Assembly: GCA_002840305.1 (NCBI GenBank)
Contig: PHAI01000002.1
Location: 202,707 to 266,706, forward strand
Length of the DNA: 64,000 bases
From: Candidatus Falkowbacteria bacterium HGW-Falkowbacteria-1
GTDB lineage: Bacteria > Patescibacteriota > Patescibacteriia > Patescibacteriales > UBA12465
Direction of reading: 5' to 3'
This document shows positions 17,641 to 27,199 of this stretch, one piece after another. Under the pieces are notes generated by a model. That model searched no databases. It saw nothing but the letters and a program-made list of their open reading frames with translations, and was not told where the DNA came from. Each line of letters starts with the position of its first letter. Position 1 is the stretch's first letter. Position numbers and translations under genes: made by a program.

Positions 17641-18933
17641 CTATTTTTTCCATTCTGAAGATTGTCTAACTAACAATTCTTCGGCTTTGTTTGGTTCAGC
17701 CATGATTTCCTTAACCACTCTTTCCAATCTCATACCTTGAGAAGCCTTAATCAAAATAATATCCCCCTTGGATATTCTATTTTGAACAAACAACCCAGCC
17801 TCAGAAACATCCATAAAATAAAACACCTTTTCCTTTTTAAAACCACCCTCAATTGCTCCTCGACCAATATCCCTGGCTTTTTCTCCTATCAAAATAAGTT
17901 CATCAATGTCCATGTCTGAAATCTTTTTCCCGACCAAAGAATGTCCCTCTTCGCTATAATGGCCTAGCTCTAACATGTCACCTAAAACGACAAACTTTTT
18001 ACGATTTTTATCCTTTTTAACTCTCTTTAAAAAATCAAGAGCAAATTTGCTCGATTCTGGGGACGAATTATAAGTATCATCAATAATTACGGTATTTTTA
18101 ATCCCCTTCAAAAGATTCATCCTCCCTTTTGGATTTTTAAATTCTTTAACACAATCAGTTAAATCAATTAAATGAAAACCCATAGAAACCGCTACTGAAA
18201 AGGCGCTCAAAAGAGAGTAGACGGCTGGCAAGCTTATTGCCCTTGGCAAGCTAACTGGAACAATCGAACCTTTGTATTCTAACTTAAAAATTGCTCCATA
18301 AAAAACCTCATCCAAGTCACCCTCTGGAAATACGAAATTTACATCCTTAGCGATTATATCCGCTTGAGAATTTATTCCATAACTTAAAACCGGATTTTTC
18401 AAATCATTCTTAACATCTTTAATATAATCATTATCAAAATTGATAATAGCAACGCCTCCTTTTCTCAGACCTTTCAACAACTTAACTTTTTCTTTTTTTA
18501 TCTGCTCTAAACCACCGAAATATTCAATGTGAGAATGAGAAACATTAGTCAAGACAGCTCTATCAGGTTTAACAATCGAAAGTAAATAATCCATATCCCC
18601 AACTCTATCTACGCCCATTTCCAAAACTAAAACCTCTGGATAATTCTGATCTCTAAAAAATAATATTTTTTTAGCTTGCCAAAAAACGTTCAACCAAGCG
18701 AAAAAATTTTTGCCTGGAGACTTCAAACCGATTATAGTCAAAGGCAGACCAAATTCGTTGTTATAATTAGAAAAACTAGACCTAACTCTTTTCTTGCAAG
18801 AAAGCACTAGGTCTATCGCTGCCTTGGAACTTGTTTTTCCAACACTACCCGTAACTCCAATAACCATTGGATTGTATTTCTTAATAATTCTCCTGGCAAA
18901 AAAGGCTAATAATTTTACAACTATTTTTTTCAT
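17641..18933 (-). CDS. murF: UDP-N-acetylmuramoyl-tripeptide--D-alanyl-D-alanine ligase
   Basis: VIGVTGSVGKTSSK P-loop, NYNNEFGLPLTIIGL and LEMGVDRVGDMDYL motifs. Length 430 aa. Confidence 0.88.
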   Translation of the reverse strand: MKKIVVKLLAFFARRIIKKYNPMVIGVTGSVGKTSSKAAIDLVLSCKKRVRSSFSNYNNEFGLPLTIIGLKSPGKNFFAWLNVFWQAKKILFFRDQNYPEVLVLEMGVDRVGDMDYLLSIVKPDRAVLTNVSHSHIEYFGGLEQIKKEKVKLLKGLRKGGVAIINFDNDYIKDVKNDLKNPVLSYGINSQADIIAKDVNFVFPEGDLDEVFYGAIFKLEYKGSIVPVSLPRAISLPAVYSLLSAFSVAVSMGFHLIDLTDCVKEFKNPKGRMNLLKGIKNTVIIDDTYNSSPESSKFALDFLKRVKKDKNRKKFVVLGDMLELGHYSEEGHSLVGKKISDMDIDELILIGEKARDIGRGAIEGGFKKEKVFYFMDVSEAGLFVQNRISKGDIILIKASQGMRLERVVKEIMAEPNKAEELLVRQSSEWKK

Positions 18934-18974
18934 ATAATTTTATTTAAATTTAATTAATAACCCTAAACTAAATA

Positions 18975-21068
18975 TTATTTTTTTTCCTGAACTACCTGAT
19001 AATATTTTAACAGAAAATCAGCAATTTCACCAAAAACTGGAGCCGCTGAATTAGCCGCAAAACCAACAGTTTTTGGATTATCAAACTTAATGAGCATAAC
19101 AAATTTAGGATTTTCTATCGGAGCATAACCAACAAAATTGTGAATATATTGCCCCTCCATATAACCACCTTCCGGAGAAGGGATCTGCGCTGTTCCGGTT
19201 TTACCTCCGACGTAATAACCATTTACCTGAGCTCCAAGAGCGTGACCGTGGTCAACTACGTTCACAAGCATGGCTGAAGTAGCCAGAGCGGCCTCTTCGG
19301 ATATGACCCTTCTTATTTCTCTTGGTTCAATTTTTTTAACAAGCTGATAATTTTCATCTAAAATCTCCTCTACAATGTACGGCTTCATCATTAAACCTTT
19401 GTTTGCAATCGTGGCATAAGAAGAAATCATTTGTAAAGGAGTCACGGCGATACCCTGTCCAAAAGAAGCTGTTGAAAAATCGATATCTTTTACATTTCGG
19501 CCAACAATATTCTTTATATCGCCAGAGCTTTCACCAACCAATTCTATCCCCACCTTTTCGCCAAAACCAAATTTTTTTAAATAGTCAGCAAAAACATCCT
19601 TCCCTATCTGTTCAGCGGCAAAAATAGCTCCAGTGTTCAAAGAGTTTTCTAAGACATAATTCATCGAAACTACTCCATGAGCACCATAGCTTTCAAAATC
19701 CGAATTTTTTATAGGCTTCGGCCATCCATTAATCATTAATTGTCCCTTATCTTCATATGTCGTGTTTGGGCCTATTTTACCCTGATCAATGGCAGCGGCC
19801 AATGTGATTGTCTTGAATACCGATCCTGGCTCATATTGATAAGAAACTACTTGGTTGTCAAAAATGTCAGCGCTTAAAACGTCTTGAAAATTGTTAGCAT
19901 CAAACTCTGGCCAAGTACATAGTGCTATTATTTTTCCAGTTGACGGATCCATAACTGAAATACTACCACTGTCAAATAAATATTTTTCGTTGGCTTCTTT
20001 AAGCTTATTGCAAACATAAGTTTGAATCGCATAATCAATTGTTAAAACTAAACTGTTTCCATTTACTGGTATTTTATATTCTCTCTTGTCAATAATTATT
20101 TTTTTTCCTTTATAGGTTCCCTTGTCTCCCAGCAAAAAACCATCCTCTCCCGTTAATTCATCATTCAAAAAACCTTCCAAACCATAATTACCAACATTGT
20201 CATAATTAGAAAAGCCAGTAACATGAGACAACAAAGTTTTTTCTGGATAGTACCTCAGGCTTTCCCATTCATAATAAAAGCCATTAATTTCATTGCTTAA
20301 ATCCTTCTCTTGGTCTACACTCAACACCTTTCCGTTTTTTATAAAAATATCAGAAACTGAATTCATCTTAAATTCATCTTTAAAAAAATTGAAATAGAAT
20401 AACAGAAGATCGTCCTTCTCAACTTTTCTCACAAGAAGCCTTGAATACTTATCAGAATTATCAATTTTTAAAAGATAGTCACTTATTATAGCCTGCTTTC
20501 TTTCTTCAATCTCTAAGTCTCTCTGAACTTTTCGAAACTCTATCCATTCTTCATTAAACTTTAAACTAGACCTTCTATCCTCAACCTCCCTTTTCTTTTC
20601 TATTTTCTGCTCATCACTTATCTTTAAAGAGTCAATATATCCTAATTCATCCAAAAGATCCTGCCTGTCTTTCTCTTCTAAAAATTTGTCTACTTCTTCT
20701 ACAACCAAATCATAATGAAAAGTTAAATAAATATTCTCTAATATCGCAAGAATGTGACCATCATCTAAAAGTCTAGGTACTATGTACAGGCTGGCAAAAT
20801 CTTTATTTGAGGCTACTAAATAAAAATCTTCATTGAGGCCATTCTTTAAATAAATATCCCCCCTTTTAGCTTTTAGCTCATTATAAACATTATGCTGCAA
20901 GCCAGCCTTGGCCATATAAATATCAAAATCTAAAATTTGAATTTTATATAATTTTAGAATAAGAGAAATAAACATAAAAAAAATAATCGCACTTAAAAAT
21001 ATGAGGCGACTATTTGTTTTATTCTTTTTGTCTTTATTTTTTTTAATCTCTTTTTTAAACGGAGTCAT
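18975..21068 (-). CDS. ftsI: Class B penicillin-binding protein / FtsI-type transpeptidase with a charged insertion in the N-terminal module
   Basis: N-terminal TM segment. Transpeptidase motifs SxxK (PGSVFKTITL), SxN (ENSLNTGA) and KTG (GGKTGTA). It follows an ftsL-like gene. Confidence 0.88.
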   Translation of the reverse strand: MTPFKKEIKKNKDKKNKTNSRLIFLSAIIFFMFISLILKLYKIQILDFDIYMAKAGLQHNVYNELKAKRGDIYLKNGLNEDFYLVASNKDFASLYIVPRLLDDGHILAILENIYLTFHYDLVVEEVDKFLEEKDRQDLLDELGYIDSLKISDEQKIEKKREVEDRRSSLKFNEEWIEFRKVQRDLEIEERKQAIISDYLLKIDNSDKYSRLLVRKVEKDDLLLFYFNFFKDEFKMNSVSDIFIKNGKVLSVDQEKDLSNEINGFYYEWESLRYYPEKTLLSHVTGFSNYDNVGNYGLEGFLNDELTGEDGFLLGDKGTYKGKKIIIDKREYKIPVNGNSLVLTIDYAIQTYVCNKLKEANEKYLFDSGSISVMDPSTGKIIALCTWPEFDANNFQDVLSADIFDNQVVSYQYEPGSVFKTITLAAAIDQGKIGPNTTYEDKGQLMINGWPKPIKNSDFESYGAHGVVSMNYVLENSLNTGAIFAAEQIGKDVFADYLKKFGFGEKVGIELVGESSGDIKNIVGRNVKDIDFSTASFGQGIAVTPLQMISSYATIANKGLMMKPYIVEEILDENYQLVKKIEPREIRRVISEEAALATSAMLVNVVDHGHALGAQVNGYYVGGKTGTAQIPSPEGGYMEGQYIHNFVGYAPIENPKFVMLIKFDNPKTVGFAANSAAPVFGEIADFLLKYYQVVQEKK

Positions 21069-21081
21069 TATTTTTTAAAAT

Positions 21082-21390
21082 TTATTTTTTAGCCAAAGAG
21101 TCATCGCCGAGGCTAATATATTTTATTCCAGTAACTTTCACCATTTTTAATTCTTCAATTCTAGCATTCATGTTTTCATAAGACTCCAGGTCGTTTTTTA
21201 AAACTTCATAATTTTTATTATCCTCTTCCAACAAAGTCGCCTTTTCTTTTAAACTTTGCAATTCAAAATTTTTATTAACCAAATCATCCATGCTCTTTAA
21301 ATAATAAAATCCACTAGTAATAACGGCAAACAAAAGACAAATATTTAGGCCGTTTAAAAAATTGAGTTTTTTTGACTTTATCGACTCCAT
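21082..21390 (-). CDS. ftsL: FtsL-like bitopic division protein (TM plus coiled coil)
   Basis: 102 aa with one TM (LNICLLFAVITSGFYYL) followed by a heptad-like segment. The call rests on its position between rsmH and ftsI. No sequence signature supports it. Confidence 0.55.
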   Translation of the reverse strand: MESIKSKKLNFLNGLNICLLFAVITSGFYYLKSMDDLVNKNFELQSLKEKATLLEEDNKNYEVLKNDLESYENMNARIEELKMVKVTGIKYISLGDDSLAKK

Positions 21391-21404
21391 ATTTATAAAA
21401 TTAA

Positions 21405-22304
21405 TTATTTTACTTTTTCTAAAACTCTTAATTTGGCACTTCTGGACCTGTTGTTGCTTTTAATCTCTATGTCTGACGGTCCAATAGGTTTTTTTGTTAT
21501 TATTTTGAACTTATCCCTGTCATTCCTGAATTTCTCCTTGAAAAACAATTTAACAGTTCTGTCTTCTAGGCTGTGAAAAGATACTACAACCAGACGACCA
21601 TCTTTATTTAACAAATCACAAGCTTGAGCTAAAAAATTTTTTAAATTTTCAATTTCTCCATTTGTTTCCATTCTTATCGCCTGAAATGTTTTAGTGGCTG
21701 GATTTATTTTTTTTGACCAAAACTTTGAAGGAATTGATGCCGCTACAATTTCCGCTAACTGCTTTGAATTATCTATTTTATTCTTGCGACGATAGTTAAA
21801 AATACTATCAGCTATCTTCTTCGCCCAAGATTCTTCACCATATTCTTTTATCACCTTCTCCAATTCTTCCTTATTATAATTATTTAATATCCATTTTGAA
21901 TCTCCATCAATCTGAGGGCCAAACGACATATCTAACGATTCCTCATTATTGAACGAAAATCCCCTGCTTTTGTCATCCAATTGAGCTGACGACAAGCCCA
22001 AGTCAGCAACTATTCCATCAAATTTATCACCATCCTTAAATTTTTCAGTAACTATTTTTTTTAAGTTAGCGAAATTATCATTAATAACTATATTTTTGGC
22101 TGATTTGTATTTTGAAAAATTATCAATAGCTAAAGGATCTAGGTCAATCGACAAAATTTTTCCATTATCACCAAGCAAGGAGCCAATCTCTTTGGTATAT
22201 CCTCCACCACCTAAAGTCGCGTCTATATATTTTCCATTCTTTTTAATTTTTAAAAATTCTACTACTTCCTTTAACATTACTGGGATATGGTGATAATCTT
22301 CCAT
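21405..22304 (-). CDS. rsmH: 16S rRNA (cytosine1402-N4)-methyltransferase
   Basis: HIPVMLKEVVEFL...DATLGGGGYT...DLGLSSAQLD...SFHSLEDR motifs. Confidence 0.93.
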   Translation of the reverse strand: MEDYHHIPVMLKEVVEFLKIKKNGKYIDATLGGGGYTKEIGSLLGDNGKILSIDLDPLAIDNFSKYKSAKNIVINDNFANLKKIVTEKFKDGDKFDGIVADLGLSSAQLDDKSRGFSFNNEESLDMSFGPQIDGDSKWILNNYNKEELEKVIKEYGEESWAKKIADSIFNYRRKNKIDNSKQLAEIVAASIPSKFWSKKINPATKTFQAIRMETNGEIENLKNFLAQACDLLNKDGRLVVVSFHSLEDRTVKLFFKEKFRNDRDKFKIITKKPIGPSDIEIKSNNRSRSAKLRVLEKVK

Positions 22305-22313
22305 AAAGAAAAT

Positions 22314-22745
22314 TTAAATTCCTAAATCGCCCAACTCTTCAGCTATGGCATTACTATTCTTTTCTGATTCGCTTTTATACTTACTCCAAGCCTCTTCGTC
22401 CCAAATTTCTAAATGATTATACAAACCAGCAATAATTACGCTTTTCTTTAAGGAGGAAAAATTCCTCAAATATTCTGGCAAAGTAACCCTCCCTTGATTA
22501 TCAAATTCTAAGTCCATGGCACCGGCTAAAAAATGCCTGGCAAATGACCTAGCTTTTGATTGACTTATAGGAAGAGCCGATAACTTCTGCGCTATTTTTT
22601 TCCACTGTTCATTAGTATACAAAAACAAACAATTATCCAGACCCTTAGTAACCACTCCTCCCTTTTTTAATAAAGACCTAAACTTCGCTGGAATAGCTAG
22701 TCTTCCTTTGTCATCTAAGTTATGATTGTATTCTCCAATAAACAT
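22314..22745 (-). CDS. mraZ: Transcriptional regulator MraZ
   Basis: MFIGEYNHNLDDKGRLAIPAKFR plus a second DxxGR repeat (FDNQGRVTLPEYLR). First gene of the dcw cluster. Confidence 0.93.
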   Translation of the reverse strand: MFIGEYNHNLDDKGRLAIPAKFRSLLKKGGVVTKGLDNCLFLYTNEQWKKIAQKLSALPISQSKARSFARHFLAGAMDLEFDNQGRVTLPEYLRNFSSLKKSVIIAGLYNHLEIWDEEAWSKYKSESEKNSNAIAEELGDLGI

Positions 22746-22765
22746 ACTTTAAAAAAATAATTTTA

Positions 22766-22833
22766 TATTCACCCCTATTCACCACTTTTCACCTCTTGAG
22801 TATAATTATACACCACTTTTCCCCGAAGGTCAA
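22766..22833 (-). promoter_or_regulatory. mraZ promoter (TTGACC-17-TATAAT) with overlapping GTGG-type direct repeats that may be MraZ operators
   Basis: The minus strand has TTGACC (22833-22828), a 17-nt spacer and TATAAT (22810-22805). GAAAAGTGGTG occurs twice (22821-22811 and 22790-22780), 31 bp apart. G[T/G]GGTGAATA occurs twice in tandem with a 10-bp period (22785-22766). Confidence 0.6.
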
Positions 22834-22870
22834 CAAGTACATAACGCCCAAAAACAAAGGATTAAATAAG

Positions 22871-22907
22871 AAAAATAAAAAAAAGAAAGCGCTTATACAC
22901 AAGCGCT
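22871..22907 (-). terminator. Rho-independent terminator after sod
   Basis: The minus strand reads AGCGCTT-gtgtat-AAGCGCT followed by TTCTTTTTTTTATTTTT. Confidence 0.8.
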
Positions 22908-22966
22908 CTCTTTTTCTACGTTTTTAACTTTTAACTAGCTCTGATTTATAAACATTTTATAAACAG

Positions 22967-23572
22967 TTAATCCACAAGATATTTTTTTAAATTTTCTTCA
23001 AAGAAATCCCAATTTATCAAATTATCAATCACTGCAGAAAGATAATCAACTCTCGAATTTCTATAGTCAATATAATAAGCATGCTCCCAAACATCAATAG
23101 TTAAAATCGGGGCAAAATCTAAAACCAAAGGGTTGTCAGCGTTAGAAGTGGATATAATCTCTAATTCTTTATCTTTATTCAAAACCACCCAAACCCAACC
23201 ACTCCCGAATTGGGTTAAAGCTTTTTTCTTTAAATTTTCTTTAAAGGTATCAAGGGATTGAAAATACTTATCTATAAACCCTAGAACATAAACCGAAGGT
23301 TTGATATTCGGAGCTAAGCTTTTCCAATAAAAATCATGATTAAAAACTTGGGCTGCATTATTGTACAAAGCTTTTAACTCCTGAATATTATAAGAGACCA
23401 GTATCACTTCCTTCAAACTTTTGTTTTCTAACTCTCCCCCTTTGAGCAAGGTGCTTAAATTATCAAAATAAGCTCTATGGTGTTTATCATAATGAAAAGA
23501 AATAGTTTCATCAGAAATAAATGGGCTTAATTTATTTTTTTCATAAGGAAATGCTAAAAAGTCTATTTTCAT
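22967..23572 (-). CDS. Fe/Mn superoxide dismutase
   Basis: HYDKHHRAYFDNL, FNHDFYW and DVWEHAYYIDYRN motifs. Length 201 aa. Confidence 0.93.
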   Translation of the reverse strand: MKIDFLAFPYEKNKLSPFISDETISFHYDKHHRAYFDNLSTLLKGGELENKSLKEVILVSYNIQELKALYNNAAQVFNHDFYWKSLAPNIKPSVYVLGFIDKYFQSLDTFKENLKKKALTQFGSGWVWVVLNKDKELEIISTSNADNPLVLDFAPILTIDVWEHAYYIDYRNSRVDYLSAVIDNLINWDFFEENLKKYLVD

Positions 23573-23598
23573 ATATTTTTTAATAAATTAATACTAAC

Positions 23599-24495
23599 TT
23601 AGAGTTTGTAACTCATATAGTTTAACTCATCCAAAACATTTAAATTCAAAAACACTTTAACATCATCAACCGAGGAAGCCGAATTCGGCCAAGTAATCTT
23701 TATCTGTCTATTTTCACCAGATTTAAATTCTAGGGCCCTATATGTATTAACACCAACAATGTTTCCCTTGCTAAACATAAGAATCGATAAAGGAACCTCC
23801 CAATAATTATAGGGGCTATTATTTCTTATATCAAAATTTAAATTATCAAAATTTCTATAAGAGCCATCCATCGAAACGGTTTTATCAAACTTTATATTCG
23901 CAATAGTAAAGTCGGCTCTTAAACTATAGTAATCTTTCCAATTTGGATACTTTCTAATATCAACTCGCTCCCACCTATTTGATTTTATTTTAAATTTTTG
24001 TTCGCCTGGTTTTTTTTCTAATTTTTCAGACACGATTAACAAATATTTTTCTTCTCCCGGAAAAATAATAGTACTACCACAAGCCAAGTCAACGTCGGCG
24101 TCAACAAAACAATAAGAAACATTGGCGAAAAAGTTGTCATTAGGATTTTTCACCTTGGCTAAGAAGTCATAAGAATCACCATGATAAAACATTTTCTCTT
24201 CCAAGGTTTCTAGGGGTGTTGCCACCTTTATAGTACCTGCACCTAAATTAGCAGTGGATAGCTCATTCAAATTTTTTTGCTGTTCATCTCCGTAACGCAA
24301 ATAATCAAATAAATTATAAAAAAAATAAGAATATAAAAACAAGGACACGCCACCCAAAATGACTATAATACCAAGAATTAAGTGCCTCTTATGCTCTAAC
24401 ATCCATAAACCAACACCGGCCTTCGACAAAGAGCCACTTTTAGCCTTTGAATACTTATTTAAATCAATATCTTGATTATCGAAATCATTGTTCAT
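23599..24495 (-). CDS. Hypothetical single-pass membrane protein with a beta-rich extracytoplasmic domain
   Basis: 298-aa ORF with a TM at about residues 38-60. No motif recognised. Confidence 0.6.
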   Translation of the reverse strand: MNNDFDNQDIDLNKYSKAKSGSLSKAGVGLWMLEHKRHLILGIIVILGGVSLFLYSYFFYNLFDYLRYGDEQQKNLNELSTANLGAGTIKVATPLETLEEKMFYHGDSYDFLAKVKNPNDNFFANVSYCFVDADVDLACGSTIIFPGEEKYLLIVSEKLEKKPGEQKFKIKSNRWERVDIRKYPNWKDYYSLRADFTIANIKFDKTVSMDGSYRNFDNLNFDIRNNSPYNYWEVPLSILMFSKGNIVGVNTYRALEFKSGENRQIKITWPNSASSVDDVKVFLNLNVLDELNYMSYKL

Positions 24496-24577
24496 AAATC
24501 AACGCCTTTATTTTCTAAAAAATTATTATTATGTTATAATAAATAGTAATAACATTATAACATAAATTTTAAAAAAT

Positions 24578-25426
24578 ATGAAAATAAATGTACCAATGAA
24601 TGTGCCCTCTGATAAAAAAAGAATATACGAGAAAAACTTCAAAGAGGCCACCAAAAACACTGGTAAACTTTTCTTGTTTGCCGGCGATCAAAAAATTGAA
24701 CATTTAAACGATGATTTTTCCCTTAAATTAAACGCTGGAAACAGCGACCCTGAACATTTATTTAAAATTGCTAATTCATCTAAAATAGGTGTATTTGCCG
24801 CTCACTTAGGTCTAATATCTCGCTATGGAGGACAATACAGAAAAATACCCTACTTAGTAAAACTTAATGGAAAATCAAATTTGATAAAAACAAAAGACCC
24901 TTTTAGCCCTGCTTTATGGTCGGTCAGTGATGTTGTTAATTTCCAAAAACAATCAAAATTAAGAGTATTGGGAGTCGGTTACACAATTTACTTAGGAAGC
25001 GAATATGAAGTTGAAATGTTAAAAGAAGCTGCTCAGGCAATTAATCAGGCACATCAAAATGGTCTGCTATCCGTTCTATGGATTTACCCTAGAGGAAAAA
25101 ATATAAAACAAGAAAAAAACCCTGATTTAATAGCTGGTGCTGCTGGACTAGGATTGTGTCTAGGAGCAGATTTTATAAAACTAAGCTATCCATTTGGACC
25201 AGGGAAAAAAGAAGCTACAAAAGCCAAAGAGATAATAACGGCCGCCGGTAATAGTGGAATCATATTTTCTGGAGGAGGAAAAATTGATAACAAAAAGTTT
25301 ACCGAATTAGTAAGAGATCAAATCAAAATAGCCGGCGCCAGAGGGTGCGCTGTAGGCAGAAATATACACCAAAACAAACTAGAAAAAGCAATCAAACTGG
25401 CCAATGATTTAAGCAAATTAATATAA
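24578..25426 (+). CDS. Class I fructose-bisphosphate aldolase, DhnA/FbaB (DeoC/LacD) family
   Basis: IPYLVKLNGKSN, GVGYTIYLGSEYE, VLWIYPRG, GADFIKLSYP (candidate Schiff-base Lys) and GRNIHQ. These parallel E. coli FbaB blocks recalled from memory. Confidence 0.75.
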   Translation: MKINVPMNVPSDKKRIYEKNFKEATKNTGKLFLFAGDQKIEHLNDDFSLKLNAGNSDPEHLFKIANSSKIGVFAAHLGLISRYGGQYRKIPYLVKLNGKSNLIKTKDPFSPALWSVSDVVNFQKQSKLRVLGVGYTIYLGSEYEVEMLKEAAQAINQAHQNGLLSVLWIYPRGKNIKQEKNPDLIAGAAGLGLCLGADFIKLSYPFGPGKKEATKAKEIITAAGNSGIIFSGGGKIDNKKFTELVRDQIKIAGARGCAVGRNIHQNKLEKAIKLANDLSKLI

Positions 25427-25484
25427 ACATTCATCTCACTAAAAATAAATTAAAAAATTAATTTAATAGAAAAGCTTGCAAATA

Positions 25485-25516
25485 AAAAACCCTGTAAATC
25501 TTATACAGGGTTTTGT
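25485..25516. terminator. Bidirectional hairpin terminator between convergent genes
   Basis: AAAAAA-CCCTGTA-aatctta-TACAGGG-TTTT. The T-run is stronger in the minus sense (TTTTTTATTT). Confidence 0.75.
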
Positions 25517-25536
25517 GCATTATAACACGGAGATTT

Positions 25537-26400
25537 TTAGATTTTGACAAATTCCCTTACTTTAATCCCATATTTTTCGTAAAAAACATGAAAATCCTCA
25601 TCATCAAAGGCTTTTTCAACTTCCGCTCCAAAAAAATCACGTTTTGAAACTAATTTCCAAAAAATATTATATTCAAGCAGAAGTTGTTGAAAACATTCAA
25701 TGTCCCCACCAGTCCAAAGAGTGATGGAATTTGACTCTGATAAGCGTTCAAGAAATCTAAGCATACCATTATGCACCTGCCCATTTATAATCAGTGTGCT
25801 TTCTAAATCGCAAAAAACTCCAGGAAAAAACTTGCCGGCAAAAAAAGAATTTTTTTGTTGGTATCTAAAACCCTTAATCTGCATAGCTACTTCGCTGTCG
25901 CTCCCAAGTAATCCAATTTCTCTGGCCTTAACTACGGCTGCCAATATTTTTTCTCTGGCGAAATCTGAATCTATTTCAAAAAAACTAGACACAGAATGTT
26001 GAATCATCCCCATTTCTTTTTCAAATGAATTAATTCTATTGATTTCAATGGCCAATTCATCAACCACTTTCTTGCCCTGAGACAATTCTTTGTACTTTGC
26101 TACAAGTGTCTCGGGAACGAACGGAAGCCTTAAAAACCCAACGTTTTTTTTCGCCATTAGTGCGCGAAATTCTTCGGAAAAATTTTCAAAAAAATACTTT
26201 TCATTCTCGTAACTACAAATAACAGTTGGGATTTCGGATTTAAGCTTCAAAGCGAAAGACAAACCCCTAAAATTGGCCCTCAAATACCCCCTCTCCTTAT
26301 ATTCAGCAAGAACTAAGTTGAGTTCGCCCGGTTCATTTTCAATGCTATCGATCAGCATAGCAACAAAAGTATTGTCGTCAAAAAATGGGTTAATTTTCAT
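25537..26400 (-). CDS. Hypothetical protein whose C-terminal ~90 aa weakly resembles a HAD-like phosphatase
   Basis: VFCDLESTLI (degenerate DxDxT), TLWTGG and a later FDDED. The N-terminal 190 aa is unrecognised. Confidence 0.55.
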   Translation of the reverse strand: MKINPFFDDNTFVAMLIDSIENEPGELNLVLAEYKERGYLRANFRGLSFALKLKSEIPTVICSYENEKYFFENFSEEFRALMAKKNVGFLRLPFVPETLVAKYKELSQGKKVVDELAIEINRINSFEKEMGMIQHSVSSFFEIDSDFAREKILAAVVKAREIGLLGSDSEVAMQIKGFRYQQKNSFFAGKFFPGVFCDLESTLIINGQVHNGMLRFLERLSESNSITLWTGGDIECFQQLLLEYNIFWKLVSKRDFFGAEVEKAFDDEDFHVFYEKYGIKVREFVKI

Positions 26401-26604
26401 GATAAATGATTTAAATTGTTAAACATACAAAGCTTTCTAAAATCCCTCAAAAAAAACTTAGAAAGTCTTATATGCCAAAAATAAACTAAAATATAAAAGA
26501 ACGAAAAGACTGACTACAAACAATACCTTATATTGACCAATCTGTCAATCATATAAACTCCGAACTAATTTTTAAGTCGCAAAACCACAGTGGCTTTCTA
26601 AATC

Positions 26605-27195
26605 TTAAGTTAATAATAAAAACAAATAGGAAGAAATAATAGGTAAAACTAAATTATCTAAACCAAAAAATAACAAAAATTCAATAATTGTTAAAATTAA
26701 AGATACAGAAAAATAAATACTCAAATTCAAAATATCAAAATTACTATTAAAAATAATAATAATCATTAAGGTTGACAAAAAAAAGGCCAAAGAGCCCTCT
26801 AAACTCTTTTTACTCCAAGGAAGATCTATTTTATGGACACCGAAAAGATCACCAAAAATGTTAGCAAAAGCGTCAGATAAACCCAAAACCAAAATTCCAA
26901 ACTGAAAAGCCCTTATTTCGCCTTGGGGCAGAAATAAAAAAGCCGAAACCATAACTCCAATAGGATAAAAGATTTCCCCCAGGCTAACTCTTTTCACCCT
27001 ATTGATAATTGGTAAAAACCCTGATAATCTTGCCATCAAAAAGACAAAAGAAAAGAACAAAGACAAAAACATTATTTGCCAAAAATTCAAAAAATAAGGA
27101 AACAAGCAGATCACAAAGGCCGAAATAATATGGATTATTTTTCTATTAAAATTGTCTATTTTTATTTTTTCAGAACCCCTAACAAAAGTAACCAT
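26605..27195 (-). CDS. CTP-dependent polyprenol (dolichol/phytol)-kinase-like membrane protein (CTP_transf_1 family)
   Basis: Polytopic. The motif GLSDAFANIFGDLFG...KKSLEGSLAFF resembles the dolichol/phytol kinase signature. Confidence 0.55.
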   Translation of the reverse strand: MVTFVRGSEKIKIDNFNRKIIHIISAFVICLFPYFLNFWQIMFLSLFFSFVFLMARLSGFLPIINRVKRVSLGEIFYPIGVMVSAFLFLPQGEIRAFQFGILVLGLSDAFANIFGDLFGVHKIDLPWSKKSLEGSLAFFLSTLMIIIIFNSNFDILNLSIYFSVSLILTIIEFLLFFGLDNLVLPIISSYLFLLLT

Positions 27196-27199
27196 AAAT

